Source of the DNA: Chrysomallon squamiferum
Taxonomy: Eukaryota > Animalia > Mollusca
Direction of reading: 5' to 3'
Assembly: GCA_012295275.1 (NCBI GenBank)
Contig: CM022678.1
Location: 14,260,001 to 14,324,000 of the forward strand
Length of the DNA: 64,000 bases
The notes under the pieces are model-generated. The model had not been told where the DNA came from. It saw only the letters and a list, made by a program, of their open reading frames with translations, and made no database searches. The translations under genes were made by a program, and so were the position numbers. This document shows positions 42,498 through 56,996 of the stretch, in pieces (positions within the stretch are counted from its first letter, which is position 1; every line of letters starts with the position of its first letter).

Positions 42498-43580
42498 TGT
42501 GTGTGTGTCTGTGCACAAATATCCAGGAAAAATAACTCTGTAAATAGATTTTTGGTTCTTTTCACCTAATATATAATATTTGCAAAAATAACATGCTGTT
42601 CTTGTCAAGAAAGAAAAATAACCTTAGTCAGTAACATCCTACCTTGAAAAACTTCTATAAATATTTACAAATAAAAGCAAACTCAAATGATTAAAAATAG
42701 ATGAAGACTAAAAAAAAATTTTTTTTAATTAAAATCTCCATATGGTTCAAAAATTAAATATATATTTTTTTTAATCTAAGAAATTTATTAATTTTATGTG
42801 TCTTTTATATTAAAAAGATTCAAAATTCTTAGCTTTTTTACTTCTGAAAATAAAACTATACATTTGAATTCATTATTTTCATTCTACAGCCCTATCATAT
42901 TCACTGATAAAACCATATATATATATATATGTAACTTAATTAACCAAAATAAATTATATATAAATGTGCTTACATGTCTGCAAGCATGTCTGTATATTTG
43001 TTTGTGTGTGTTTGTTTATCTATGTGGTATTACATTTGTGAATATACACACAATCATCACACATGTGAGGATCACGGAAGACAAGGTAAAAATTGATCAA
43101 CAATCACACCCAGTCACTGATAAAACCTTGGCAAGTTCTCAACTCGTGTGTCAAAAAAATACCTTCTAATAAATTATACTTTGTAGTTAATTGTTTTATC
43201 ACAACTTTTTCAATATCCAACTAATTAAAAATTACGTTTCTGTACTTTCTCTAGTTTTATGTTGTTTGATACATTTATAAAAAATAATTTAAAATCTGAG
43301 ACAGAGAAAAGAAAATGGAGAATAAGATAAAAGTGATGAGCTGAGAGAAGTGAAGGATAGTAGCAGTTAAATGGAGGGAGGGAGGAAGAGGGTGAAGAAA
43401 TGAGGGAGAAAGAGGAAGAGGTAAAAAGTAAAAAGATGTAAAAGAAAGCCAGAGACAGAAGTTTTTCATACCGTCTGGAGTTTTGGACAACTCTTCCTCT
43501 TCGTCTGGATCCTTGTTGCTCTCAATGTCATTGAACTCACGCCAGTAGTCGTCATATTCAACTGGAATGGCTGACGCCAT
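28980..43580 (-). CDS. ARHGAP18: Rho GTPase-activating protein, ARHGAP18/28/40 (Drosophila Conundrum) family, ~657 aa, 17 core coding exons
   Basis: Exons (- strand) 43580-43472, 41291-41226, 40638-40463, 40297-40132, 39713-39589, 38318-38277, 37321-37159, 36743-36652, 36076-35999, 35657-35498, 34568-34486, 34237-34025, 32437-32363, 32156-32097, 31807-31659, 29471-29347 and 29071-28980 (1974 nt, phases consistent). Family motifs: KTPDEGEVESDWL, LTRHQAEAVRRRVDT, LGITRIGDL..LALIELTALFD, LFGVPL, EGILRVPG (Arg finger), KQFLRELP, NKMGLNNVAMIMAPNLF, GVIRVQAP, LFEVGGNIGERCLD, NPNAEWVIK. It is co-orthologous to ARHGAP18/28/40, so the symbol is nominal. Confidence 0.95.
31022..31076. repeat. (GT)n microsatellite
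   Basis: Direct reading. Confidence 0.95.
40625..40770. repeat. 30-bp minisatellite (4 near-perfect copies plus 1 degenerate) spanning a RhoGAP intron/exon junction
   Basis: Unit CAGCTCTTTACCATCTGAATAAAATATAAT at 40625, 40655, 40685 and 40715, with a degenerate copy from 40745. On the - strand each unit contains TTTTATTCAG|ATGGTAAAGAGCTG. Confidence 0.95.
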
Positions 43581-44908
43581 CGCAGATCACACACTAACCA
43601 CGTCAAAGATGCAGGCCATCTGAAATACATAAATACAGCTGCCTATAAATATTTTTATTTTAAGACAAAATCAGTCTATATCATAAGAAACATGCTAATT
43701 CCTCTGTTCATTGGAACAAATTGGCTAAATTTTATAATCCAATAAACACAATAAATTGGTATTTATAAAAATACAGCTAATTTATTATTTCATTGAATGT
43801 CACTTTTTGATGTATTCTCCACTGCTTTGTGAAAAGTGATTACAATTTTGATTACAAAACACAACATTGTTATGTTGAAAAAGTGTAAGTTTAAAATTTC
43901 ATGTGATTACAATATTTTTACTTCAGCAGCTGACTCTGTGTCCAGGTTTCACAAGAAGATTTTATTTTGTTCAGTTGTCTGACCTGATAACAGTTAATAA
44001 AAAGTTCAAACATTTGGATTATTCAGCCATATCACACATGTTTTATCAGAAAATCAGATTTATATTTATTTCAGTATTAATGTCAATCAAACTCTATGTC
44101 AAGGGGACACATTAGGCAAAAAAAGGACAAAATTTGAATAAAAATAATAAATTTTTGTAGTTTTTGATACAACCATTTTGAAAATGTATATAAAAAATGT
44201 ATTTTTTCAGATAAATGTTTCAGGATTATTTTCAAAAAGGAAGTGCTTATGCACAGATAACATAATGATAACACATATCAATAACTCTATAGCCATAATA
44301 ATTTGAAAAACAGTTTATAAAACATTTTTCTTACTATCCAAACATTTTTATGAAGCCGCTGCATGAAACCTATTTGTGCTAAAGATTCCAAATTTGGACT
44401 ATATATATTTAGAAACAAACACTATAAAAGACAAAGAAAATTTTTGAAAAATTATTTCTGTTTTCATATAACCTTTACATAAATTTTGGTTTTGTTTCAA
44501 AATATGAATGAAAAACACAGTTATAAACAAATGTATATTTCTTTAGAATTATGTAAACAAAGACTAATTTCTTTCTGTTATTTTGTAGAAACACATGTCT
44601 TTGATGAACCCCAGTAGTTTAATGATATATATATATAAATATACTGGGTTTGGTTGGAGAGGTTACTAACCTGGGGTATCTGATATTAAAAAAAAAAAAA
44701 AAAAAAAAATTACCTATTTGTCACAAAAAAATAAACTAGAACTAGTTTTTTATAGTAACAAAAGGGTATTATTTTCTTAAGTTTTAATTCTGAAACATAA
44801 AAAGCAACTATTTTTATTTTTACTACATATTCCCTTGACAATGTGTAACTGATGCCTGTATATAAATGATCACCTTTCCTTCAGTGTAAGGTTCTTTTTG
44901 TTTTGTTT

Positions 44909-44911
<3 letters not shown>

Positions 44912-44951
<40 letters not shown>
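44912..44951. repeat. (CA)n microsatellite
   Basis: Direct reading. Confidence 0.95.
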
Positions 44952-44955
<4 letters not shown>

Positions 44956-45356
44956 CTAAATAAATACAAATAGATTACAGAGTTCCTAATTCATCTATTC
45001 ATTATGTCTTTCCATTATTTCTGTATTATATTATTATTACATAATTTAAATATAATTTTTGCATTGCTTTTATTAATACTTAACAACATGATAATAATAT
45101 TAACTAACTCAAATTTAGAAAGTAATTTAAAATTCAAAAACAAATACACATATTTACACATACACACCCACACACAAAACCTACCTCCTGGACCAGAGAC
45201 TAGACTAGAAAATTAAATAATTTATGTGAACATGTTGATGTACTCGGCTATCAGCAACTGTCAGTCATCAGCACTGAGCTAATTCTGTCATCAAGTGGCG
45301 ATGTTCACCTCACACACCCTGTGTGCACTCAATCCACACACAACACAGTCATGACG

Positions 45357-45516
45357 AATTTAAAATTATATATAACAAAATTTAAAATTATATATAACAA
45401 AATTTAAAATTATATATAACAAAATTTAAAATTATATATAACAAAATTTAAAATTATATATAACAATATTTAAAATTATATACAAGAATATTTAAAATTA
45501 TATACAAGAATATTTA
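45357..45516. repeat. 22-bp AT-rich minisatellite, ~7 copies
   Basis: Unit AATTTAAAATTATATATAACAA, drifting to TATTTAAAATTATATACAAGAA in the last copies. Confidence 0.92.
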
Positions 45517-48500
45517 AGTTTTAGTCTCTTTTTATTAGAAAATAAAAATGAAAATAATATTCTGCTATTTGAAGATGAATAAGAATAATATATGTTTATG
45601 TATGTGTGTATCTGTGTATTCTCTCTGTATGTAGATATATTTCATGTGTGTGTGTGTGTGTGTGTTTACATGGTTTCTGTATGAATAGTAGTTAAGTATT
45701 TGAGATTATAAAAAATAAAAATGACACACACACCCGTATATAACATGAACATAAAAATAAGGATATTAGTAGAGATATGACAAGACACCAAGAAAGAGAG
45801 AAGATATAAAAGAAAGAAATAAAGAAATGAAGAAAAAGGAAATAGAAAGAATTCATTGACATATAATCAGACAGGAGGAAAAGGAGAAAAAGTAGTGAGA
45901 CAGAAAGAATAAGAGATGCTACAAAACAACATAAAAAAAAAGACAGAGAAACTAAAGTAGAAAAAGAAAAGAATGAAAAGATAACGAGAGGGAAAAGACT
46001 GCAATAAAACATTATCTAGCTTATCTCTGTCTAAGTCAGTGAGTTGTCACCTGACATCTTCATACAACTTTTCTTGAAACATACCTCATCAGTGAGAAAC
46101 AAAAGTGTGTCATGTTTATTTTAAAAACATGTGTAAAACTGTTAAAATATTAATTAAAAATATTTTAAAATTATATTTATATTTAAACACCTATTATATA
46201 ATAAATGAATTTACTCCAAGATGCAAAATTCTTAGTAAATAAAATGCTAAGAGTAAAATGATCTTATTAAAAATTTCCTTTCTGACACAAATAATGAAGA
46301 TTAATACATATTCTCATGTTTCTTTTATTAATTATTTCAGTAACAACCTTTGTTAATAACATTAAAAACTGTATTTGTTTGCAACATCTGTTAGTCACAA
46401 ATTTCCTTTTTTCTGAAATATGTTTAAAGTGAATCACAACAGAAGAGAAAATGCATCATCTTGAATTAGTGTGTTAACAATTTATAACATATTTGATGTA
46501 AAGAGTAATTTATGTAAGTAGCTAGAACACTGAAGTAAGTGTGGAGGAGTGGATTTCCAAAGTTACAGGTTAAAATGGTCAGTCATGATTCATCTGAACA
46601 TGATAATTCCTCTGTCCATTTAAACAAATTAACTACATTTTACGGACCATCACAACTATTTACTTTTCCTCTTGTATTTGCTTAGAACAAAAATAAATAA
46701 AAATATTGTTCAAACAATATTGATGTACCTGAGTGTACCTGTTACAAATTCAAAAATATAAACAAATAATTTAGCTGCAAATACTGTTCTGTTTGTTTTG
46801 TACACATATTTATGGTTTATATATTAATATTTCCAGAGCTGTAAAAACTCACCACAAACATGGAGGACTGACAGAAAGAGGCTAAGAAAAACAAATTTAA
46901 ATAGTACTTCAGAGAAAGATTTACCAACAAAAAAGAAAACCATTTTTTTCAGAAATGTACTAACAGAAAAGTTAACAAGGAAAAACTGTAATGAATAAAT
47001 GTACAGATAAAAATAAAGACACATTCATGTCTGTAAAACAAGGAAGGAATTTGCTACAACAGCTTGTTTTGTCTATGTATACAACAGAAGTGTGGGTTTC
47101 TGTTAGAAATGATTCAAAGTCTTTGTTTTTCATTTTGCTGTCAACATGAAAGTAACAAATAGTTTTGTGTTATCATTATGACACTGGGAATTAAAACAGT
47201 GAGCTGACAATTAGGTCATGTAAAGATAGTTTATCTCTCATAAAGTGAAATTATAATTGTACTTTGTGTCACATAAAGATTTCTTTTCATTTCTAATAAT
47301 GATAAACCTTTTTAGAATGCAAAAGCCATAAATGGAGTCTGATGGTTTATCTTTTATATTTATATATAAACAGAAAGGAAAAATTAAATAATAAAAAACC
47401 AAAAAATAAACAAAGAAATAAATAAATTAAAAATATTTTATTTCCATACTCTATTGTTAGCAAAGACTACAAGTTAAAAACAATCATGTGAAATATTTCA
47501 AAGTTTGTATCACTGACAGTAACATGAAAATACTTGTTAATCATAATTTGTTTATTAATGAAATGAAATTCAGTTCTTGGAGAGTTCTTGTGTATTTTTT
47601 TTTTTTTTTTAAATTATCATTTCCGTATCAGTGATAATATTTGTGTCATTTACAATTATTTTAAACCATAACAAATTTTCCACGTTTAGGTTAATACTAA
47701 ATTCAATATATATACCAATTACTAATTATTAAGAAATCAAATAAGTGTTTAGAATCCTTACATTAGTTGAAAGAAATGATATACCTATATCTGTATTTAA
47801 CATTTACATCTTATTAGTTACAATAATAATCAATTTCCTGCAGCGTGTTACCATGGCAACCACTAATCTGTTAGGTTCCCTTTTGTGTATGATCTGAAAA
47901 CTTCTAAAAAAAAAAAAAACCATAGCACTTTACTTAAAAAAATAACAACATCCAAAAATAAAAGATACCATGTTCTAAAACACAATTAAAAATACATGAT
48001 TAACAATAATTTGAGGACAATAATTTTTTTCTGTTAGTTAAAATGAAGATGCTGGCCTGGGTTCTCCAAACAAAATATGAAAAAGAAAACAACCAGCTCT
48101 AGGTTAGACAACTAAGCACCTACATTTTTCCCAGACAGCATACCCATATATGTTTTAATTATTCCGACAAATGTTTCAACCTTTACCCTATTAAAAAAAA
48201 AACATCATCATTGTCTTCTTCATTATCATAATTCATTTGTGCTTTTGTTAAGGTGAAATGAAATATCATCAACTTCATCATCATTATTAATTAGTGTTAT
48301 TGTGATACTGTTATAGTGAAATATCATCGGCAGTGGCAGCACTGTAATTAACAAGTATTATTGTTGCAGCAAGATAAAGCTTAATTAGTTACTTCTTTCA
48401 GACTACAAGTCTGTGAGGCTGACTTTGTTAATGACAGCCATGACAGTGTGCCCACCGACAAGTAAAAAAACCACTCTAAGGAGATCAGTGTAAGATTAGT

Positions 48501-50208
48501 GCTAAAAATAGAGTTACTAGGGCAACAAGCCTGCTGAAACCTACTAAACATCAAAACATTCTCCCAATGTTCAGTATAAAAGTAAATAAAAATAAATTTA
48601 AAAAAATTAGTAAATAATAATAAATAAATAAATAAATATGAAAAAGTTAATTATAAAATAAATATGACGAAAAAAAAAAAAAAAACAGCCCAGCACACCT
48701 AAAATGAAATATGTCGCACATACAAAAATATGAAATTTTAGCTATTGTTATATATAAAAATGTAAATTGTTATACTTTTTTATAATTTATTTTTCTTCTT
48801 TTTTTAAATTGATCTGGTTTTCTACTGTAATTATAAAGTAGAAATTAGTGACTGTCACTGTGTTTAATCATACTGCCATACCCCAGTACAATTGCTCCAG
48901 GTCTCAATAAAAACATTTATAAAATAAATCCAAAATATGTATTTCCAAACAAATATATTATATGATTGCTTTAAGTAATGGTTAAGTACATGCTGAAATG
49001 CTAGAAGCATTCCGCAACTATCTTCATGTTATTTCCCACTCAGTCAGTCTCAGACACGTCATAATAAAAATGATATTGTTGAATGTATGAAAATGTTTGT
49101 AGCAGATTAATGACTAAAATCTGATTTAACTAAGGAATGCCAGCTATGAACATTCATCATTTACTTCATCACAGTATAGAAAAAGTACACAGAGGTAAAT
49201 TTAATAAAAAAAAGTATTTAATTTTATGATTTTTATTTATTTAATTTATTATCATTATTTTTTCAACATTATTCTGATGAATATATAAAAATATGTAAAT
49301 TGTTTTAATTGTTTTCATTAAAATATTTCTGGATAACAAGCAGTGCATGTATTGCATAATAATCTGTCAGAAAATACACACACACATAAATATAATTTGT
49401 GTTTATTTTGTTTGTACAAATTATTTATTTACTTTGTAAGTAATCTGAGACATGAAACATGTAAATACATGAATCAGTGCATAGAATGGTAACATCTCCC
49501 CATCATTAACACCTGTAATCTGTCAGAGGTTAGCAGTAACATAGTGATTTATTATGTCATATGTAGTAAAAGTTATAAACAGTTGTATGTGTTTGTGTGT
49601 GTATGTTTGTGTGTATGTGTGTCTGTGTGTGTTTGTGTGTGAGTGTATGTGTGTGTGTGTATGTGTATGTGTGTGTGTGTATGTGTGTGTGTGTACTTGG
49701 GTGTATGTGTATAATTGGTTGGGTGTATGTGTATAATTGGTTATGTGTTTGTGTATGTTTACAAGTATATTTATGAAGAAACATTGTAATCAGAGGATAA
49801 ATGGATGCATGAGAATGATATATCAATAATAAAAACGTTCCATGGTGTAAAAATGATGTTACTTGTGTACAGTGTTAAGTACCACCCACAACGTGCTCAA
49901 TGTAAGGGGCGATAACTCAAAAGTAAAGCATTAAATTCGTAAAGAAAAATATCTCTGAAATTATCGATATTTGTAATTCTGAGTTACATTTAATTGGAAT
50001 TACATATATAGTACATGGCCAGAACAACATGTATCATCAAATATAACATGATTATAATATTATATTTTTTTATTTTTAAATTAATAATCCTAAACTTAAC
50101 GTCAGATTCATGTATTTTAAAGAAACTACAATTTCACTTAAAATAATTATATTAAAGCTAACATATTTTCAGTTTAAAGTTTAATTAAAAAGAACAAACT
50201 GAACTTAC

Positions 50209-50760
50209 CTGCAAAGCTATTAGATCACTGATGTAAACATTTCCCTTCTATTATCCAGGACGGTGACAGGTAAGTCCGCCCTTCAGCAGTCGTCAGACGA
50301 CAGAGCAAATTTGAAATTACGATCAAAATTTTGTTTCACCTGCACACTCAGGTAAAATGTCTTGAGAAAAAAGTGTGTTCCAAAGCTGTGAAACTACAGA
50401 AGATGATAAATGCCAGACGACATGAAATATACAAAGTTTATATTCACAGCGGACTGACCTAATGAGCGAGTTGTGGACTGACAAACAATCCTCGATGTTT
50501 TCTATTGACGTACTAGGCAGGTAACCACTGTAAGGTGAAAGTACTATTCGCCGGAACGCTATCGTGTTTAACTAGCTGAAACGAAAATATTATTATTATT
50601 ATTATTGTCTTCATAAACTAGCGACAGTAAAAATAATAAATAACATAAAACATTTGGCGCGCGCACACCACACACGGTTGGAATCGTACGTTGATTATCA
50701 AGCGTTTTTTTATTAAGATTATGTAACGATCATGATTACAAATTTTGTTTGATCGTCAGA
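50209..50760 (-). promoter_or_regulatory. Probable promoter and non-coding first exon of the RhoGAP gene
   Basis: Consensus donor CAG|GTAAGT on the - strand at 50209, within a CpG-retaining island that ends a long CpG-poor gene body. The acceptor at 43620 precedes the coding ATG at 43580. Confidence 0.55.
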
Positions 50761-50801
50761 GAAACTGCTTCAAAAGTGACTTGATCTTGACACCATTAGG
50801 T

Positions 50802-50850
<49 letters not shown>

Positions 50851-52082
50851 TGTTTAATGAGGAATACGTGAATAATAAATAAATAAGTTATAAAAACAAT
50901 CAGAATCTGTTATTATAAAGTGTTGCAAATAATTCCATATTGTAAGAATATTAGAAATGTTTTGTTAGAATACATTTTATTAACGTTATATTAATGGGGC
51001 ATTATAAATAGTTGTCTGTATCCTCTTTCATGTGTGGGTCATTAACCGTAAGTTTCAAAACGACAAGGTTAATAAAACAATGTTTATGATTGTTTCAAAT
51101 GTCAGTTCATCAGTTACACTTTACAGTGTGTAATAATTTATAGAAAACTAAAGAAATGCTCACAGTTTTATAATATTTGTGAATGTTGTTCAAGGTTATA
51201 AGTATAAAAAACAGGCGAGACATACATAAACAATACAACAGGTGTTGGAAATAACACGATTTATTATAATAATCTGAAGAAGATTAGAGAAACTTTGAGA
51301 TTATCACGTCTTTTTAACTGATAGCTTTAATTATTTCTTATATATTTGTATTTATTTTTATATTAGAAGATAGAAATGATAACAACAACAATAAAATAAT
51401 AATAATAATAATAATAATAATAAAGAATAAAAACAATATGCCTTTTTATTTATATTGTTTGATTAGTTATGCAAGAAGTATATAAACAGTATTATTATTA
51501 TTATATATTTTAGTTTTTTTTTTTTTTGAACTGGTTTTAAAGTGTGTGTATGTGTGTGTTTACCTCTCAGTGCCTTCAGATAACAATTTTAAAATGACTG
51601 TATGTTATAGATTTCTTTATTAGATAAGCCTTCTACTGAACAGCAGGTTTGTATGCGACGGTTACTTGTATTTTATGCTTGACAACAGGTGCTGTTGTTT
51701 AATAATGTGGGGTCACTGAATGTACTATTTTCACGATGAACTGAATTTCATTATAAGTAGGGAGAAAAAGGTACTTGTTGACAAAACAGTGTAATGGTTT
51801 CAACCTGGATCGTATGAATTCAGTTATGAAGATATTGAGACTCAGACATTTTGTTTTCTTTTTTCTTTTCAGTTAAGTCAATAAGGCGGAAAACGGACAA
51901 TAACAGAATGAAACTATATATAAACAGCCATTCATCAATAGAGGAAAAATGCAACCAAACCCGCTTTTTCTTGAAGTTATTTTTAAATGCTAGTAAAACT
52001 AGATGTTTAAAGAAGTAAAAATAAATCATAAAAAAATGCACCCAAAGCTGCTATATGTTTAACATTTTCTTTCAATTATAAC

Positions 52083-52113
<31 letters not shown>

Positions 52114-54623
52114 TAAATAAATAAATAAGTAAAATTAAAAATAAATAAAGGCATTATGTTCGGGCTTTAGTCTTCATAGGTCCATTAGAATAAGAAAGAA
52201 ATTGCTGATAAACGTATTTTAGACAGATCGACATAAGCCAGTATTTGACGTAATATATTTTCGTTTATTGTTTTTTAATTCAACATCTTTTCATTTAACT
52301 TAAAAACTCGCTTTTTGAGAACAAATTCTATGTTCTGCTTTCAAAGCTCTGAAATTATTGTTGTCAAGATCTATGGAAATATGCATTGAAATTTAACAAT
52401 AATAATTAGGCTCAAGATTGTTTCAAATTAAAAATAAACTCTTCAAATTGTGTGCATAGATTTTTTATTTGATTCTCACCAAATCTATGGATAAGTGTAA
52501 AAATATTGCACACGAAAAATACACTGCAAGTCAAATAGTTAAAAAAGACAAATACATTATAAACACCACTGTTAATGTATACAAGAAGGAACACAATTTA
52601 AATAAATATTTAATACTGTATAATATAATTGAGCATGGCTGTATTAATACTTCAAATAAATACTGGATGGTAATATACTGTGTTAAATCAACCAACAAGT
52701 GTCTGTATGTAAAAATTGTAAAATGAAACTGCAAAAAAGTAAACTTTTATGCAAAAACAGTAAATTTAGATAAGTTCTTATGCTGAGAAGACAAACTTTA
52801 ACATTTATTCTGATTCTGATAAAAATTTCTCTCTCACACACACACACAAATACACAAATAAGCCGCATTTGATTAATCATATTAAAGTTGTTTCTAATTA
52901 CCTCCACTGATAATCAGTAAACTATTCCTAAATATTTTAATTAACATTTCAATAATAATTATTTAACATAAAAATAGAAGTGGTCAAATAGAGACTAAGA
53001 ATAAGAAAAATTTAGTATTAAATTCGAAAATTATACAAGTAATATTTTTCTTATGAACAGACAAATTGTTACTAATAAAATTACATTTTGCAAATACTGA
53101 TGGCTTCATTCAAATTAATTTTGACTATGAGAATAATATATGAACTGGGTCTGTATCACTGCAAACTGAGTTATTGGCAAGTATTAAATTAATATTAGTA
53201 TGTATTTAAGTCGTCTAAAGAAGATTTAACCTGCGTTTTATCAGGTGAAACATTAGTGGTTCTGTATACTGATAACAGTGGATGACAGCTAAAACAAAAT
53301 TCAGACATTCAAAACAAAATGTTTAAATATGAATAATATTTACAAGATTTGGCAAACTGATTACAAACACTCTCCAATGTATTGAAATTGAATAGTGTTT
53401 TGTTCTTTTTCTTCTTGAGAAAGAAAAACCTACATTTCATCTAAACTAACAATTAACAATGTAATCCTCAGGTAAAAAAAAGTTTAAAATATGTAAACTT
53501 AATCACAGTTTGTCACAGAAACAATTTTTCAACTTGGTACACTGAATTAATTGTATAACATTCAAATATGAATTGAAATAACTTTTAAATTATAACAACA
53601 AAAATGTACTGAGTACTATTATTATAAATAAGTAATATATAATTTAAAAACAATTGATTTTGAAAACTATATTAAAATATGTATAATAAAAAATAAGAAT
53701 CTTAGAATTATGTAACATAAATTTAAGAAAAAAAAATGTTAATATAAAAGCCATTATTGCTATAATAAAACAATCAGTCAGTTCACTATTTCATGGATAA
53801 CAATGAGCAAATTTAAAAATACAATACCTAAAATAAAAGTGAAATAAGAAAAACATGGACAACACTAATCTATGTTACTGGATGTCAGTCAGTCCTGACA
53901 CAAAGCTAATTATGTCTCTTTTTGTCTCACCAACTAAATCGTCATACTGTTGTCCATCAAGAGCTTTTTTCACAAATATCAAATCGTTGTATTACCAGGT
54001 CATCACATCTTATGCAGCCCTTTAGCACTGCGTGACGTTTATTTGTAATATTTGTGTTATTGATAAAACATTAGCTAGCTAATCACTGATAAATTATTTT
54101 CTCTTGTGATGATTTCTGATTATGAGCTTATTATTATTAGTTATAATATATTAATATACAGTTCTCAATGTTTCTAAAGCTGGTTTAAGTAGCAGGTGAT
54201 TTCAGTGAATGTAAAATTCAAATAAAATGTCTTATAAAACTGACTGCATAAGAACAATTATGAAACCTGGTTATAATTAAATATGAATGTAATTAAATTC
54301 CATTATCAGGCACTGAACAAAAAATATTGTATAATAAAAAGCATGGGAGCTATTTTAGCCGTAGATTTTTATTATTTTTATTTTTTTAACTTTATAATTT
54401 AGATATGCATTTGATTAAAAAAAACAATTTAACTACATTATTTATAAGTATATTTAACATAATCAGTAACATCACAAAAATACTCATCAATTACTTTTTG
54501 TGTTTAGAAGAAAAAAAAGGTATGTCTGAGGAAAATAAAATCTCCTTCCATAGAAATACAGTTTGTTTTCTTCCTAAACCTCTGTGATGTGGAGAAACCT
54601 GAATAGTTGAGAAGTGATACAAT

Positions 54624-56935
54624 TCAAAAAACTTTCTTTTGTTTTATATTACGTGGTAATGGTCGACTCAGCTCCTCTAGCCTGGGTGTGGGTTTTGCTC
54701 GGACTGCTGCAGGTGACATCTGATAAGGATCATAATCATTTTTAATTAACACTCGGCTCCGTGGTCGAGACAACTGCTGTAGACGAAATGAGGCAATAGC
54801 CTTCAGTGCACTTTCCCCAACTGGCCAGTCTATGCTCCGAGCCCCTTTAAAAGCAAGAGGAATTCTTTTGGGTTCAGCTAAATGGTCTAGATATGGATTT
54901 TCTCTGGCATAGAGGACAGCTTTAGGAACAGGAACATATTGACCCCAGTATTTTTCTTGGATGATACTAACATGATCCTCCCTATGTTTTGGTTTGGCTA
55001 AAGATTCAATGCGTGCACTTGGTGTTGCTTTCATGGCTTCTGGCCTGACTCTCATGTACGGTGACCGGTCCATGCTGTACTCAGCAGGAAGTGACTTTGA
55101 TCGGCTTAGAAACTCAACTCTTTCAGAAGCAGTGGCTTCCTGTGCTTCTTTTTTGACTGGCCATATAGTAGGTCTGTAATAGAATGTAGCTATTATTTCA
55201 GATGTAGTAACTGAATATTTTGACATAAGAATTAAATACTATGATTAAAAATGTCTCAAGATTATAATTAAATTAATATAACTGTCTAAATCTATATGGT
55301 AGAAGCAACATGTTATTAAATTCTAAAAAGCTAAAATATTTTACAGTTTTTTTAAATTATAAGTTAAATAGGATCAAAATTACATAAATTAATAAATTTA
55401 TTTTGAGATATTTTTCTTATTATTTTGTTGTATGAATATGTATTTCCTGCATGCTATAAATACACTGAATAGAACATGAACATGCAGCAAATAATTCATA
55501 TAAATGCAGTGTGTAATATTGAAGACATAAATGGATCTGACATTATGTGTTGTTTACATGAGAATGGTGTGTTATGTGCAGACATGGTGTGTTACACAGA
55601 TGATGGTGTGTTACGTACAGATATGTTGTTCAAACATGGTGCATTATGTACTGAATGATGTGTTACGGATGTGAAGTGTTATGTAAAATACACAATTATA
55701 TTACATACAAAGATATTTTGCAATTATATTTTTTTATAACATACATATTCTGTAAGTAACCTCCAAAAAGGATTATCTAGAAGAATGCTTTTTGGGAGCG
55801 CTACACTTGTAGTGTTAGCAATATCTATCTAAAAAAGGATATTTTTATATGATATAGTCATGACATATAAAAATACACTGTCACTAATTTATTAAAACAA
55901 TTCATTAGACTGCAGAGAGATGTGAAATATTGGTGCAGTATATGTCATCGTAACATAAGATACCTTGGTGGTTTATACAATGGGAGGAGTTGTTTGTGAC
56001 GAGCAAGTTGGTTAACTCTCTGACTGACATCTACAACAGACATGTAAAACAAAACTAGCTAAACAACTACAAAAAAACACATAAACAGATACAAGAAAGA
56101 CTATGCATTATTGTAAAAATATAAACAAAAGTCATACTATTCACAGAAATCTAGCGACGTTTACAAGGCAAATCTAAATAAATTAAACACTGACAAAGAC
56201 TAATATAAGAATATTTTAAAAAATGTGAGTAAGTTAAAAACTATCGAGACTAATTTTGGTTCCATTGTAAATACTAATTTATTTTTTCCATATATATATA
56301 TATTAAAATAAATGTGTTTCCATAAACAAAATGTAAATAATTATGTGTGTATGTGTATATATATATATATATACACATACACACATATATTTTTATTAAC
56401 GTTTTGTTTATGGAAACACGTTTATTTAAAAAAATTATTTTATGTACATGGTAAAGTAATTATAATGAATGTGCAATTTGTGACCAAATTATAGGCATGT
56501 AAAAATAATACAATTTTAAATAAATAAATAAAATAGCAAATAAGATTAGCAAAAACAAACATTAACTAATATTACAAACTGAGTAACTGCTAGTAATATG
56601 AAAATTCTTTGAAAATTGTGAACTTACTGAATTCTGTGGAACCATTAGCACCTGGAGAAAACGGTTCATAGTCAGTCCAGTAAACAGAGGGTCTGGAACA
56701 TAATACAAAAACGAATACTTATTTATATCTATTCTAATATTTTTCTTTTTTATTTCAGATTTTATAAAATAAGGAAAAGTAAGATTAAAATAGCAAATTA
56801 AACCCAAATAATTAAAAAGACCCAAATTTAATGAAATCGAAATAATATTATTATATAAACTGTAGGAAGATAAATATAAGGAACATATTTATGTAAGTTA
56901 ATCTAAGTAACAACAACGACAATAACAATAATTTG

Positions 56936-56996
<61 letters not shown>

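Noticed and set aside
43587-43589. In-frame TGA upstream of the RhoGAP ATG as selenocysteine
   Set aside because: No SECIS was identified and the family is not known as a selenoprotein. A uORF stop is the simpler reading.
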